Shown piece after piece: positions 20,566-29,873 of a DNA stretch of 64,000 nucleotides; the first letter of the stretch is position 1; every line of letters starts with the position of its first letter. The stretch spans positions 1,280,001-1,344,000 of the forward strand of contig CAXXXD010000002.1 in the NCBI GenBank assembly GCA_963663385.2, read 5' to 3'. The notes beneath the pieces were generated by a model, which ran no database searches, was not told where the DNA came from, and saw nothing but the letters and a program-made list of their open reading frames with translations. The DNA comes from Oceanispirochaeta sp. Its GTDB lineage: Bacteria; Spirochaetota; Spirochaetia; DSM-2461. A program made the position numbers and the translations under genes.

Positions 20566-21895
20566 AACAATCTTTGAATCCGATTCCATCAACCGTCTCC
20601 TTCTGAAAATGTCCATTCCCGCTACAATCGGAATGATTGTCAACGCCCTGTACAATCTTGTGGATACGATCTTTGTCGGCCGAGGAGTGGGCGCGATGGG
20701 GATAGCCGGCCTTACCATTGCTCTGCCTGTTCAGATGATTATTGGGGCTGTCGGGATTACCCTGGGATCGGGAGCCGCTTCCGTTATTTCACGCCGCCTG
20801 GGAGAAAAACGGCAGGATGATGCGGCGCGTACGGCAGTAACGGCCTTTACACTCAGTTTCCTGTTCAGCTTCTTTATTTTTGCTGCAGGAGAAATCTTCA
20901 TTGATCCCATGCTGAGAATTTTCGGCGCCACCGAGTCCATACTGCCCCATGCCCGCTCCTACATGCGGATTATATTGATAGGGGCTTATTTTCTTTCATC
21001 GTCCATGGTTGGAAATAACATAACCAGAGCGGAAGGTCAGCCTAAAATTGCCATGCTGACCATGATTATCGGGGCGGGAATGAACATTATTCTGGATCCG
21101 ATTTTTATTTTCGCCCTGAAAATGGGAATACAGGGCGCTGCCCTGGCCACTATTATCAGCCAGTTTTTCTCCTACCTTTTTGTGATGCGCTTCCTCCTGA
21201 CCGGAAGAAGTCATCTCCCCCTGAAACTCCGTTATCTGAAACCGAAAGGGAGTCTTGTTTCGGAAATTCTGCTTCTGGGTCTGCCGACTTTTATTCGTCA
21301 GGCCGGGATGAGTCTGCTGGCACTTGTTATCAATAATGTGCTTAAGCACTACGGGGGGGATCTGGGGATTGCCTCCTACGGGATGCTGAATCGCCTTTTT
21401 ATGTTTACCCTGATGCCTATTTTCGGTATTGTCCATGGCTATCAGCCGATTGCCGGATACAGTTATGGAGCCAGGCGGCTGGACAGGCTGGAAGAAGTGA
21501 ATAAAAAGGCCATGCAGATTACTTCATTCATGTCCCTGATCGGCTTTCTGTTTCTGGAGGGAGGGGCCCGGATCCTTATATCCGTATTTACGAAAGACAA
21601 TGCTCTTATTGCTATGGCAGTACCTGCTTTGCGTATCGCCAGTCTCTGCATCTGGCTTCTGGGATTTCAGGTTATCGGTTCCACCTATTTTCTCAGTATT
21701 GGAAAGGCATTGCCCGCTTTTATGCTCGGACTGTCCCGTCAGTTCTTTTTTCTCATACCACTCGTCATATTTCTACCCCGGTTTTTTCAGCTTCGGGGGG
21801 TCTGGATCGCCATGCCTGCTGCGGATCTGCTCTCCACATCTGTTACGCTTATCTGGTTTCTCCACTCCTGGAAGAATCTTAAAAAAGGAGAGTAG
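20552..21895 (+). CDS. MATE family efflux transporter
   Basis: ALYNLVDTIFVG, NIILDPIFIF...GAALAT, about 12 TM segments. Confidence 0.92.
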   Translation: MHDPETIFESDSINRLLLKMSIPATIGMIVNALYNLVDTIFVGRGVGAMGIAGLTIALPVQMIIGAVGITLGSGAASVISRRLGEKRQDDAARTAVTAFTLSFLFSFFIFAAGEIFIDPMLRIFGATESILPHARSYMRIILIGAYFLSSSMVGNNITRAEGQPKIAMLTMIIGAGMNIILDPIFIFALKMGIQGAALATIISQFFSYLFVMRFLLTGRSHLPLKLRYLKPKGSLVSEILLLGLPTFIRQAGMSLLALVINNVLKHYGGDLGIASYGMLNRLFMFTLMPIFGIVHGYQPIAGYSYGARRLDRLEEVNKKAMQITSFMSLIGFLFLEGGARILISVFTKDNALIAMAVPALRIASLCIWLLGFQVIGSTYFLSIGKALPAFMLGLSRQFFFLIPLVIFLPRFFQLRGVWIAMPAADLLSTSVTLIWFLHSWKNLKKGE

Positions 21896-22007
21896 GCTGT
21901 TTGGTAGAATCATTAAAAAAACAGGAGATTTTTTAAATCCCTACTGGATAAAGATGCCTTTTTAACCGAATATAAAAAAAACTTTAAAACAGAAACAGGA
22001 GAACAAT

Positions 22008-22496
22008 ATGAATAATAAAATCTTAGTTCTGGCAGTACTGGCGCTTCTATTAGTCCCGGCTGCCGCATTTTCGGCCACCGGACTGGGTGCCGCCTATACA
22101 TTCGGTCTGAATAATGGTGATAACAGTACCGGTGCCGCTCTGTCAATTAATACACCGGCTATACCCGGTACGGTTCAGACCCTCCGATTCACTTTCAGCG
22201 GAGATGATTACTTCAGTTTTGCCCTGGCAGATGACTGGTGGGTGATTCAGGAAAATATTTCCGGATCTCTGGATTTCTATATCGGTCTGGGATTTTTCGC
22301 AGGTATAACATCTGTTGACGATACAACTGATTTCAGTCTGGGAGGCCGGATCCCTGTGGGGCTCAGTATGATGCCCCTGGATTTTGCCGAACTCTTTGCA
22401 GAGATTACTCCGGCGATGGGTCTGGGATTCGAACCCGAATTATACTTTCCCTCCTGGTCCGTACAGGGTGCTGTAGGTTTCCGTATCTGGTTCTGA
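22008..22496 (+). CDS. Putative small outer-membrane beta-barrel protein
   Basis: Signal peptide, alternating amphipathic strands, C-terminal GAVGFRIWF. Confidence 0.65.
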   Translation: MNNKILVLAVLALLLVPAAAFSATGLGAAYTFGLNNGDNSTGAALSINTPAIPGTVQTLRFTFSGDDYFSFALADDWWVIQENISGSLDFYIGLGFFAGITSVDDTTDFSLGGRIPVGLSMMPLDFAELFAEITPAMGLGFEPELYFPSWSVQGAVGFRIWF

Positions 22497-22545
22497 TCAG
22501 ATGTCCGAAATGACATGATTTCCCGAATCTGCTGACAGATTTAAC

Positions 22546-22586
22546 GGCTTGTTTCTATCCCTCGGGTAGAACAGGCCTTTTTTTTT
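22546..22586 (+). terminator. Rho-independent terminator
   Basis: ggcttgtttctatcc-ctc-gggtagaacaggcc followed by T9. Confidence 0.75.
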
Positions 22587-22716
22587 GCAAATTCAGCAAT
22601 GTATGAAATATTGTGATGCTTAAATCAGGATGATTTTTGACAGGATATATTCTCAATACATGGATATTCTGATAAAGGGTTGTATATTGATGGCATCATA
22701 AATGTTTGGAGATACT

Positions 22717-23499
22717 ATGAAAAAAATTGTCTTATGTATACTGATAACGTTTTCCGTGATATTGTCAGCAAACGCAGCAACCCTGAAAGGTATGTCATTA
22801 AACGGATCCACCGGGCTTGTCAGTATCCCTTCCGGAAGAATCGGCTGGGAGAAAAGTACCGATTTCGGTTTTGATCTCGGATACCATGCCATTATGGATG
22901 ATGACATTAATATCCATATCCCCAAAGCTTCCATCAGTCTTTTTAAAATGGCCGAATTGGGATTCGCCTATGATTCTCAGGATGATCCTGATAATGCGGA
23001 TATGATTATTAATGGTAAGCTCCAGCTTCCCATAAAGGGGAATTCGGCTGTAGCAATCGGCGGAAATGCACAGATGCTGAAACAGAATGATGTTGACAGC
23101 AATATAACCCAGATTTATCTGGCTGTAACTTATCCGGGGGAGTTTTTCAATATGCCTGCAGAAACCACTGCGGTAGTCGGAAAACGCTTTGGAGAGAATG
23201 CTCCTGATGATGCCATTGACTTCGGGATGGGATTTGACTTGAATCTCTTTCCCAAAACATTTCAGGGGTATATCCACTGGATAAATGATTTTTCCAATTT
23301 CTCATATCAGTCCCAGGCTTTTTACGGAGCAAATGCTGATTCGAGAGGAGTTTTTAATACAGGAATCAGAATTGATTTTGCCAGTATACCCGAATTGTCA
23401 AAATACAAGTTTGCCGTGGATGCTATCGTGACAGATGCCCTTGACGATAACCGGGCGTTTTGCCTTGGACTCGCTTTCGGAGCACCTTTAGGGAATTAA
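22717..23499 (+). CDS. Secreted, putative outer-membrane protein
   Basis: Signal peptide ...SANA; GSTGLVSIPSG N-terminal motif; beta-strand-rich; GGAGA upstream. Confidence 0.7.
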   Translation: MKKIVLCILITFSVILSANAATLKGMSLNGSTGLVSIPSGRIGWEKSTDFGFDLGYHAIMDDDINIHIPKASISLFKMAELGFAYDSQDDPDNADMIINGKLQLPIKGNSAVAIGGNAQMLKQNDVDSNITQIYLAVTYPGEFFNMPAETTAVVGKRFGENAPDDAIDFGMGFDLNLFPKTFQGYIHWINDFSNFSYQSQAFYGANADSRGVFNTGIRIDFASIPELSKYKFAVDAIVTDALDDNRAFCLGLAFGAPLGN

Positions 23500-23511
23500 A
23501 AAAATACTAAT

Positions 23512-23565
23512 GGGATACTGCTGCAAAAGGTATTTTCTTGCAGCAGGATCCTCTCTGTTTTTTTA
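23512..23565 (+). terminator. Probable terminator hairpin
   Basis: ggatactgctgcaa...ttgcagcaggatcc followed by a T-rich tract. Confidence 0.5.
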
Positions 23566-23694
23566 TATGGTGACAGAATATAAAGACAGTTTTATATATG
23601 TTTAACCCATAAAGAATCTATTTCCGCAAATTTCCACTGTCCCCTATCTGTTCTGTATCTTTCCGTTAATCTGCCTTTTCGATAGAATAGCCTT

Positions 23695-24171
23695 ATGAAA
23701 AGGACTGTATTGATTTTCTGGTTTTGTACTTCAGGTTTTCTATCTATTCTGGCAGCTCAGGATTCCCCCGGTATTGCCGGTTTTCTGAATGAGTATGCTT
23801 CCCTTCTCGGTATGACAATAGATCAGGCCTATGAAAAATTCGGTTCTCCCGATCATCTGTACACATATCAGAATGAACGGGATGCTGCAGGAAGCGTTGT
23901 TTTTTCCTATGCCAGCTCCTTTTCTTTTTTCTGGGTAGATGACCGGGTCTGGCAGCTGCGTCTGGATGAAGCTTTCAGTGATCCGGAACATCCTCTTCTT
24001 ATCGGTCAGCCTATGGGGCGCTTCCTTTCTGAATGGGGTGAGCCTGTCTATAAAAACGGAGAGCTTCTGATATATGAAGTGGCCGATGCGGATTTCCCCA
24101 TCCGCTGCGCCCTTTATTTTAATGAAGCGGATATCCTGATTGATCTCTATCTGTTCAGGAGCGATTACTGA
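23695..24171 (+). CDS. Secreted hypothetical protein
   Basis: Signal peptide; stop overlaps the aroD-aroE start (TGATG). Confidence 0.7.
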   Translation: MKRTVLIFWFCTSGFLSILAAQDSPGIAGFLNEYASLLGMTIDQAYEKFGSPDHLYTYQNERDAAGSVVFSYASSFSFFWVDDRVWQLRLDEAFSDPEHPLLIGQPMGRFLSEWGEPVYKNGELLIYEVADADFPIRCALYFNEADILIDLYLFRSDY

Positions 24172-25613
24172 TGACACGTTTATGTCTGACCCTGAGCGCT
24201 GACACGCTGGAGGAGAATCTTCAAATACTCGGGGAAAACAAGCCGGATATGGCCGAACTCCGGGTAGATTTTCTGGATCCGGGATGCGCCGGATCTATTG
24301 TCGAATTTTCCAGAGATATAAGGATTCCCCTGATTTTAACCTGTCGTAAAACCGCAGACGGCGGTGTCTGGAAAGGGTCGGATAAGGAACGGGAGGAGTA
24401 CCTTCTGAGCTGCCTGGAAGGTGATTTTGATTTTATTGACCTGGAAGAGGATGAAACATCCGCTGCATTAAGGGAAAAAGCCTCTGAGCGGGGATGCAGA
24501 ATTATCCGGTCATTTCATGATTTTGAAAAAGTCCCGGAAAATCTGGAAGAGAGGCTTCAGGTCATGGAAAAGCAGGGGGATCTGGTAAAAGCCGCTGTAA
24601 TGCCGACGGGCATCGCCGACCTGTATCGTCTGTTCCGTATAGGAAGGGAATGGAAGAAGGATAATCTGATTCTGCTGGGGATGGGCGATTACGGTGTCCC
24701 CTCACGTATCCTCGCTTCCCGGATGAACAGTTTCCTTACTTTCTGTTCCCCCAGGGGAAAATCCGCTGCTCCGGGGCATATGAGTCCGGATGTTCTCCGG
24801 GGTATCTACCGGGTGGACAAACTGGATGGAAAAACCCGTTTATACGGTATTATAGGGAATCCGGTGCTTCATACACGTTCCCCCCGGATCCATAATGACG
24901 GACTGGCCGCAACGGGGCAGAATGGGATCTATGTCCCCTTTACTGTTGATGATCCGGAAGAATTTTTCAAGCTGGCCCGTTTTCTGGGCATCAGAGGATT
25001 TTCTGTTACAGTTCCCCATAAACAATCGGTTCTGGCTCTTCTCGACCGGCAGGATGATGCGGTTAGGAAAATAGGGGCCTGTAATACGGTTGTCAGGGAA
25101 GGTAACTCCTGGTGCGGGTACAATACGGATGCGACGGGATTTATAATCCCCCTCAAGAGGAAGAAAGGAAATCTTAAAGGATTGAAGGCCGCTGTTCTGG
25201 GAGCTGGAGGTGCGTCCCGTTCGGCTGTGTATGCCCTGGTCCGGGAAGGCTGTGAGACTGTCGTCTATAATAGAACCGGGAGCAAAGCCGCTGCTCTGGC
25301 TGAAGAGATGGGCTGTTTGTCCGGATCTCTTGAAGATTTCTGTTCCCTGCTTCCGGGATCTTTTGATCTGATAATACAGACGACGAGTTCAGGGATGGAA
25401 GGATCTTCATCGGACAATCCTGTCCCGAACTATGAGTTTGCCGGAAATGAGTTGGTTTACGATATTATCTACACCCCTCCTGTCACACCTTTTATGGATA
25501 AGGCAGAACAGGCTGGATGCCCCGTACTGGGAGGCTGGCCCATGCTTGTGGAACAGGCCCGGGAGCAGTTTCGTTTATTTACAGGAAAAACCCTGCCGCC
25601 GCAAAACTCTTAA
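24171..25613 (+). CDS. aroE: Bifunctional type I 3-dehydroquinate dehydratase / shikimate dehydrogenase (aroD-aroE fusion)
   Basis: N-half AELRVD, SFHDF, GMG...SR, AAPGH; C-half GNPVLHTRSP, SVTVPHK, GYNTD, GAGGA. Confidence 0.9.
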   Translation: MTRLCLTLSADTLEENLQILGENKPDMAELRVDFLDPGCAGSIVEFSRDIRIPLILTCRKTADGGVWKGSDKEREEYLLSCLEGDFDFIDLEEDETSAALREKASERGCRIIRSFHDFEKVPENLEERLQVMEKQGDLVKAAVMPTGIADLYRLFRIGREWKKDNLILLGMGDYGVPSRILASRMNSFLTFCSPRGKSAAPGHMSPDVLRGIYRVDKLDGKTRLYGIIGNPVLHTRSPRIHNDGLAATGQNGIYVPFTVDDPEEFFKLARFLGIRGFSVTVPHKQSVLALLDRQDDAVRKIGACNTVVREGNSWCGYNTDATGFIIPLKRKKGNLKGLKAAVLGAGGASRSAVYALVREGCETVVYNRTGSKAAALAEEMGCLSGSLEDFCSLLPGSFDLIIQTTSSGMEGSSSDNPVPNYEFAGNELVYDIIYTPPVTPFMDKAEQAGCPVLGGWPMLVEQAREQFRLFTGKTLPPQNS

Positions 25614-25861
25614 AACCCCAGTGATGTCATAAGGATAATCATTATAACACAGAACAATACTCCCCCGAATGTGACAATCCCTGTAATCCAGACAACAGCC
25701 CGGTCAAAATCATTCAGGGCATCGGGGCCTTTCGGTTTTCTGTTCTTGAAGGGACTTTTTTTCCCTAATTTCTTTATTCTATCGATAAAGGACATCTTTC
25801 CCGCAGATACATCTGCTTTTTGGGGAAGAACCTCTTCATTCTCAATTATTTCTTCTGTCAT
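25610..25861 (-). CDS. Small membrane protein (C-terminal TM)
   Basis: Charged N-terminus and hydrophobic C-terminus; convergent overlap with the aroE stop. Confidence 0.55.
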   Translation of the reverse strand: MTEEIIENEEVLPQKADVSAGKMSFIDRIKKLGKKSPFKNRKPKGPDALNDFDRAVVWITGIVTFGGVLFCVIMIILMTSLGF

Positions 25862-25962
25862 ATCTATTCCCGGCTCCAATCATAACCCTTTTTATTCGGA
25901 CAGTAAAGGTATCTTTTGCACTCCGGTGCGAAGATGACTGATAATTAAGGCAGGGGGTATCC

Positions 25963-26937
25963 ATGTATAGCGCTGTTTTGCTGGCCGGATATAACAACAG
26001 GAGGGCAGTTGAAAAGTACAGCCGTATTGTTGCCGAATCCTACCATGAAAAATTCATTGAAACAGGGTACAAACCGCTGCGGGAATTTTCCCTTCATTAC
26101 CATGGCAGGCATGTGACAAAACCACTGATACTCTTTACCCTTGAAGAGCTTTTCCGGGATGAGCTGATCGGGGATATTGTGATTGTCGGGCATAAGTCCC
26201 TTCTGGAAGCCCGTCTGGGAGATTTCCTTGAATCTCAGGAAAAATCATGGGTTATTGTGGATCAGAACAAATCCCTCTCTCCTGAACTTGTTGAGGATTT
26301 CCATATCAGGACTAAAACATTTGCCCCTGATTCGGTGGGAGGAAATATCCTTAAGGGATATGCCGCCGCCAGGGCTTTCCGGACCAGGGATAAAGCCCTC
26401 TTCGCTGCTTCTGATTCACCCATGACCCGGGCAGGTTTTATCAATGCTTTTCTGAAAGGTTCCGGGATGTTTCCCGAGGAGGCTGCCCTGATTCTACCGG
26501 CTGTCCCTGTTGGAACTAAACACGACAGGATGGGACGGCGCCCCCTTCTGCTGCTGAATGACAGCGGTGTAAACCTGCCCTGTCACAGAGACCGTTACGG
26601 GCGCTGCGGATTCAGGCTTTCTTCCCTGATCCTGTGTAACCTGTATAGATTGGATGTAAACAGGATCAACGATGTATACAGTCTGCGGAAAGCTCTCAGC
26701 CCGAAGGTCCAATTCCAGATTTTCAGAATATGCCGTGATCTGGGGTATCCCGGGATTTACAGCAAATACTTCAGGAAAAAGGATCTCTCCGTAGGGGAGT
26801 GCGAGAATATTCTCTCCGGTTTTCTGAAAGGGCGGGTAAAGGCACTTCCCATTAAAGGAGAGGAAACCACTTACGATTATGACGGGACAGCAAAAGAGTT
26901 GAAACTTATTACACGTATGCTGCGGAGAAAAATCTGA
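25963..26937 (+). CDS. Hypothetical protein, nucleotidyltransferase-like N-terminus
   Basis: AVLLAG...KPL...IVIVG...ASDSP...YDYD pattern resembles the NTP-transferase/MobA fold. Confidence 0.6.
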   Translation: MYSAVLLAGYNNRRAVEKYSRIVAESYHEKFIETGYKPLREFSLHYHGRHVTKPLILFTLEELFRDELIGDIVIVGHKSLLEARLGDFLESQEKSWVIVDQNKSLSPELVEDFHIRTKTFAPDSVGGNILKGYAAARAFRTRDKALFAASDSPMTRAGFINAFLKGSGMFPEEAALILPAVPVGTKHDRMGRRPLLLLNDSGVNLPCHRDRYGRCGFRLSSLILCNLYRLDVNRINDVYSLRKALSPKVQFQIFRICRDLGYPGIYSKYFRKKDLSVGECENILSGFLKGRVKALPIKGEETTYDYDGTAKELKLITRMLRRKI

Positions 26938-26953
26938 AAAGTATTTCTTTGTT

Positions 26954-27002
26954 ATTGATCTATTCATAAATAAGGGTGTAGAATATTTCTGAATAGATCA
27001 AT
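26954..27002 (+). promoter_or_regulatory. 13-bp perfect inverted repeat over the putative gcvT promoter
   Basis: attgatctattca (26954-26966) and tgaatagatcaat (26990-27002); TTGATC-N18-TAGAAT within. Confidence 0.55.
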
Positions 27003-27041
27003 CATTTGCAAAATAATAGATGATAAGGTAAGGGGTCAGAC

Positions 27042-28139
27042 ATGAAGAAAACTGCGCTTTATACCAGCCATACCGGGGCGGGAGCAAAAATGGTTCCCTT
27101 CGCAGGATGGGAAATGCCTCTCTACTACCCGAATGGAGCAACCGAAGAACACCGTCTGGTGCGAAGAAGCGCCGGATTGTTTGATGTTTCCCATATGGGT
27201 ACTTTTGAAATCCGTGGAAAGGGGAGTACTGACTACCTTAACAGGATGATTACATCGGGCATCCATAGGCTGGAAACGGGAATGTCCGGATACGGTGTTC
27301 TTCTGAATGAAAAGGGAACTATCCTGGATGATATATTCCTCTATCATACGGGAGAGGATGAGTGGGTTCTGGTTGTAAATGCCTCCAATCTTGAAAAAGA
27401 CTGGAAATGGCTGAAAAGCCATGTTGGGGATTTTGACTGTATCCTGACTGATGTTTCTTCCGATACATCCCTGCTGGCTCTTCAGGGACCTTCTGTTATC
27501 AGCTGTCTGAGCCAACTGACAGGTGAAGACCTGAGCGGCTGGACCCGTTTCGGTATCCGGGAACTGACGATTGAAGGCATCTCTTTCCGCAGCGGACGCA
27601 CCGGGTATACCGGCGAAGACGGAGTGGAAATCTTTGTTTCAAATGAATCAGCCCCTGAGTTATGGGAGCTTCTGCTTGAGAAAGGGGGAGCCTATTGTGA
27701 GATCGGTCCCTGCGGCCTGGCAGCCAGAGACAGCCTGCGCTTCGAACCGGGCTTCCCCCTGTACGGACATGAGCTGGACGAAACGGTAATGCCTCCCGAG
27801 GCCCTGTTAAAGTGGGCCTGTGATTTTGATACCGATTTTATCGGTAAGGCTCCGGTTGAAGCTCTTCTGGAAAAAGGACTGACCCGGAAACTGATTACTT
27901 TCAAGCTGATAGATAAGGGTGTCCCCCGGGAGGGTTATGAGATCCTCTCTGCAGAAGGGGACGGTATTGGAAAGGTTGTCAGCGGGCTCTATGCTCCAAC
28001 CGCCGATCTTTATTGCGGTAATGGTTATGTTCCTCTGGAATATGCCGGAGTTGGAACAGAAATCGGCATCAGTGTCAGGGGGCGGGTTAAAAAAGCTGAG
28101 GTGGTTAAACGGCCTCTGTATAGACCGGCTTACCGTTAA
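27042..28139 (+). CDS. gcvT: Glycine cleavage system T protein (aminomethyltransferase)
   Basis: FAGWEMP, LFDVSHMG, RTGYTGEDG, GLAARDSLRFE. Confidence 0.97.
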   Translation: MKKTALYTSHTGAGAKMVPFAGWEMPLYYPNGATEEHRLVRRSAGLFDVSHMGTFEIRGKGSTDYLNRMITSGIHRLETGMSGYGVLLNEKGTILDDIFLYHTGEDEWVLVVNASNLEKDWKWLKSHVGDFDCILTDVSSDTSLLALQGPSVISCLSQLTGEDLSGWTRFGIRELTIEGISFRSGRTGYTGEDGVEIFVSNESAPELWELLLEKGGAYCEIGPCGLAARDSLRFEPGFPLYGHELDETVMPPEALLKWACDFDTDFIGKAPVEALLEKGLTRKLITFKLIDKGVPREGYEILSAEGDGIGKVVSGLYAPTADLYCGNGYVPLEYAGVGTEIGISVRGRVKKAEVVKRPLYRPAYR

Positions 28140-28184
28140 TTCTTATAGTGAATAAAAAGAACTTATTGAGGAGAGGTTTTAATT

Positions 28185-28559
28185 ATGGATATCAGGTATG
28201 CAAAATCCCATGAATGGGCCGCCAGGGAAGGTGATCTTTATGTGTGCGGACTCAGCGATTATGCTCAGGAAAAAATAGGGGATGTGGTTTTTGTAGAACT
28301 GCCGGAAGTCGGTAAAGAGGTTATTCAGGGCGAAACATTTGGTGTTATTGAATCTGTAAAAGCTGCCAATGATCTATACAGCCCTCTGAACGGTGAAGTT
28401 GTGGAAGTCAACGAAGAACTGGAAGATCAGCCTGAACTGGTTAACTCTTCCCCTCTGGGAGAGGGATGGATCTGTAAGGTGAAAATGAGTGACGACAGCT
28501 TCAATAATCTTATGAACGAAGAAGAATACAACGCTTTCCTGGAAGAACAGGACGACTAA
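28185..28559 (+). CDS. gcvH: Glycine cleavage system H protein
   Basis: HEW, GDVVFVELP, lipoyl motif IESVKAA. Confidence 0.97.
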   Translation: MDIRYAKSHEWAAREGDLYVCGLSDYAQEKIGDVVFVELPEVGKEVIQGETFGVIESVKAANDLYSPLNGEVVEVNEELEDQPELVNSSPLGEGWICKVKMSDDSFNNLMNEEEYNAFLEEQDD

Positions 28560-28571
28560 GGGAGTACTTTT

Positions 28572-29873
28572 GTGAGTTATACGCCTCATACCCGGTCAGA
28601 CCGGGAAAAAATGATGGAATTCATTGGGATTGACAGTCTGGATGAACTGTTTCAGCCGATTCCCGAAACCCATCGCTATCCGGAATTATCCCTCAGGAAA
28701 GGCCGCTCCGAACAGGAGGTGCTGAAAGAGCTTCGCTCTCTGGCGGATAAAAATACCACTGCCGCCAATACCAGCTGGTTTCTGGGAGGAGGCGTATATC
28801 GTCATTATATTCCTTCCCTTGTGGACAGTATCCTGTCCAGGGGTGAGTTCTTCACCGCCTATACCCCGTATCAGCCGGAAGTCAGCCAGGGAACACTCCA
28901 GGCGATTTTTGAGTTTCAAACCATGGTGGCGGAGCTTTACGGCATGGAAGTTGTCAATGCGTCCCACTATGACGGAGCAACCGCCATGGCAGAAGCGGCT
29001 CTGATGGCTCTCCGCTGCAGGAGCGGACGGAAAAAAATCCTTCTGGATGAAGGGATTCATCCGGAATACAGGGAAGTGCTGGAAACATACCTCAGCGGAT
29101 CCGACGGCTATATCGGAGAGGGGGAGGTGGATAGTGAAACCGCCTGTTTTATTACGGCCTTTCCCTCTTTTACAGGAGAATTGAAGGACCTGAAGGCCCT
29201 GGGAGAAAAGGTCCATGCGGAAAATGCGCTTTTTCTAGTCCATGCGGATCCTCTGGCCTGCGGACTGTTTATTCCTCCCGGGGAGTGCGGCGCCGATATC
29301 GTTACAGGAGAGGGACAGCCTCTGGGTATTGCCATGAACAGCGGCGGTCCGCTGCTGGGACTCTTTGCCACAACAAAAAAGCTGATAAGGAAAATGCCCG
29401 GCCGTGTGGTGGGGCAAACCAGTGACAATGCCGGAAAAACCGGATGTGTGCTGACCTTTTCTGCACGGGAACAGCATATCCGCCGGGAAAAGGCCACCAG
29501 TAATATCTGTTCCAATCAGGGGCTGATGGCTCTGGCGGCTGCCGTATATATGGCAGCTATGGGGAAACAGGGAATCTGTGATACCGCCAGGCTCTGTTAT
29601 GACAAGACAGCTTATGCCGCCTCACTCATCAACAGTCTGGAAGGATTTTCTGTGGATCTCTCAAAAAAACGGTTCCGGGAAATAGAGGTGACCTGTCCTG
29701 TGGATGCGGATATTCTGGCGGATAAGCTGAGAGAAAAAGGGATAATTGCCGGGCTGCCTCTGGGGAGCTTTGACAGGGACAAAGAGAATGTCCTCCTTGT
29801 CTGTGTGACAGAAATGAACGATAAGGAAGAGATTGATAATCTGGCAAAAGCCATGAAGGAGGCTGTTCTATGA
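28572..29873 (+). CDS. gcvPA: Glycine dehydrogenase subunit 1
   Basis: TAYTPYQPEVSQG, REQHIRREKATSNICSNQ. Confidence 0.97.
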   Translation: MSYTPHTRSDREKMMEFIGIDSLDELFQPIPETHRYPELSLRKGRSEQEVLKELRSLADKNTTAANTSWFLGGGVYRHYIPSLVDSILSRGEFFTAYTPYQPEVSQGTLQAIFEFQTMVAELYGMEVVNASHYDGATAMAEAALMALRCRSGRKKILLDEGIHPEYREVLETYLSGSDGYIGEGEVDSETACFITAFPSFTGELKDLKALGEKVHAENALFLVHADPLACGLFIPPGECGADIVTGEGQPLGIAMNSGGPLLGLFATTKKLIRKMPGRVVGQTSDNAGKTGCVLTFSAREQHIRREKATSNICSNQGLMALAAAVYMAAMGKQGICDTARLCYDKTAYAASLINSLEGFSVDLSKKRFREIEVTCPVDADILADKLREKGIIAGLPLGSFDRDKENVLLVCVTEMNDKEEIDNLAKAMKEAVL

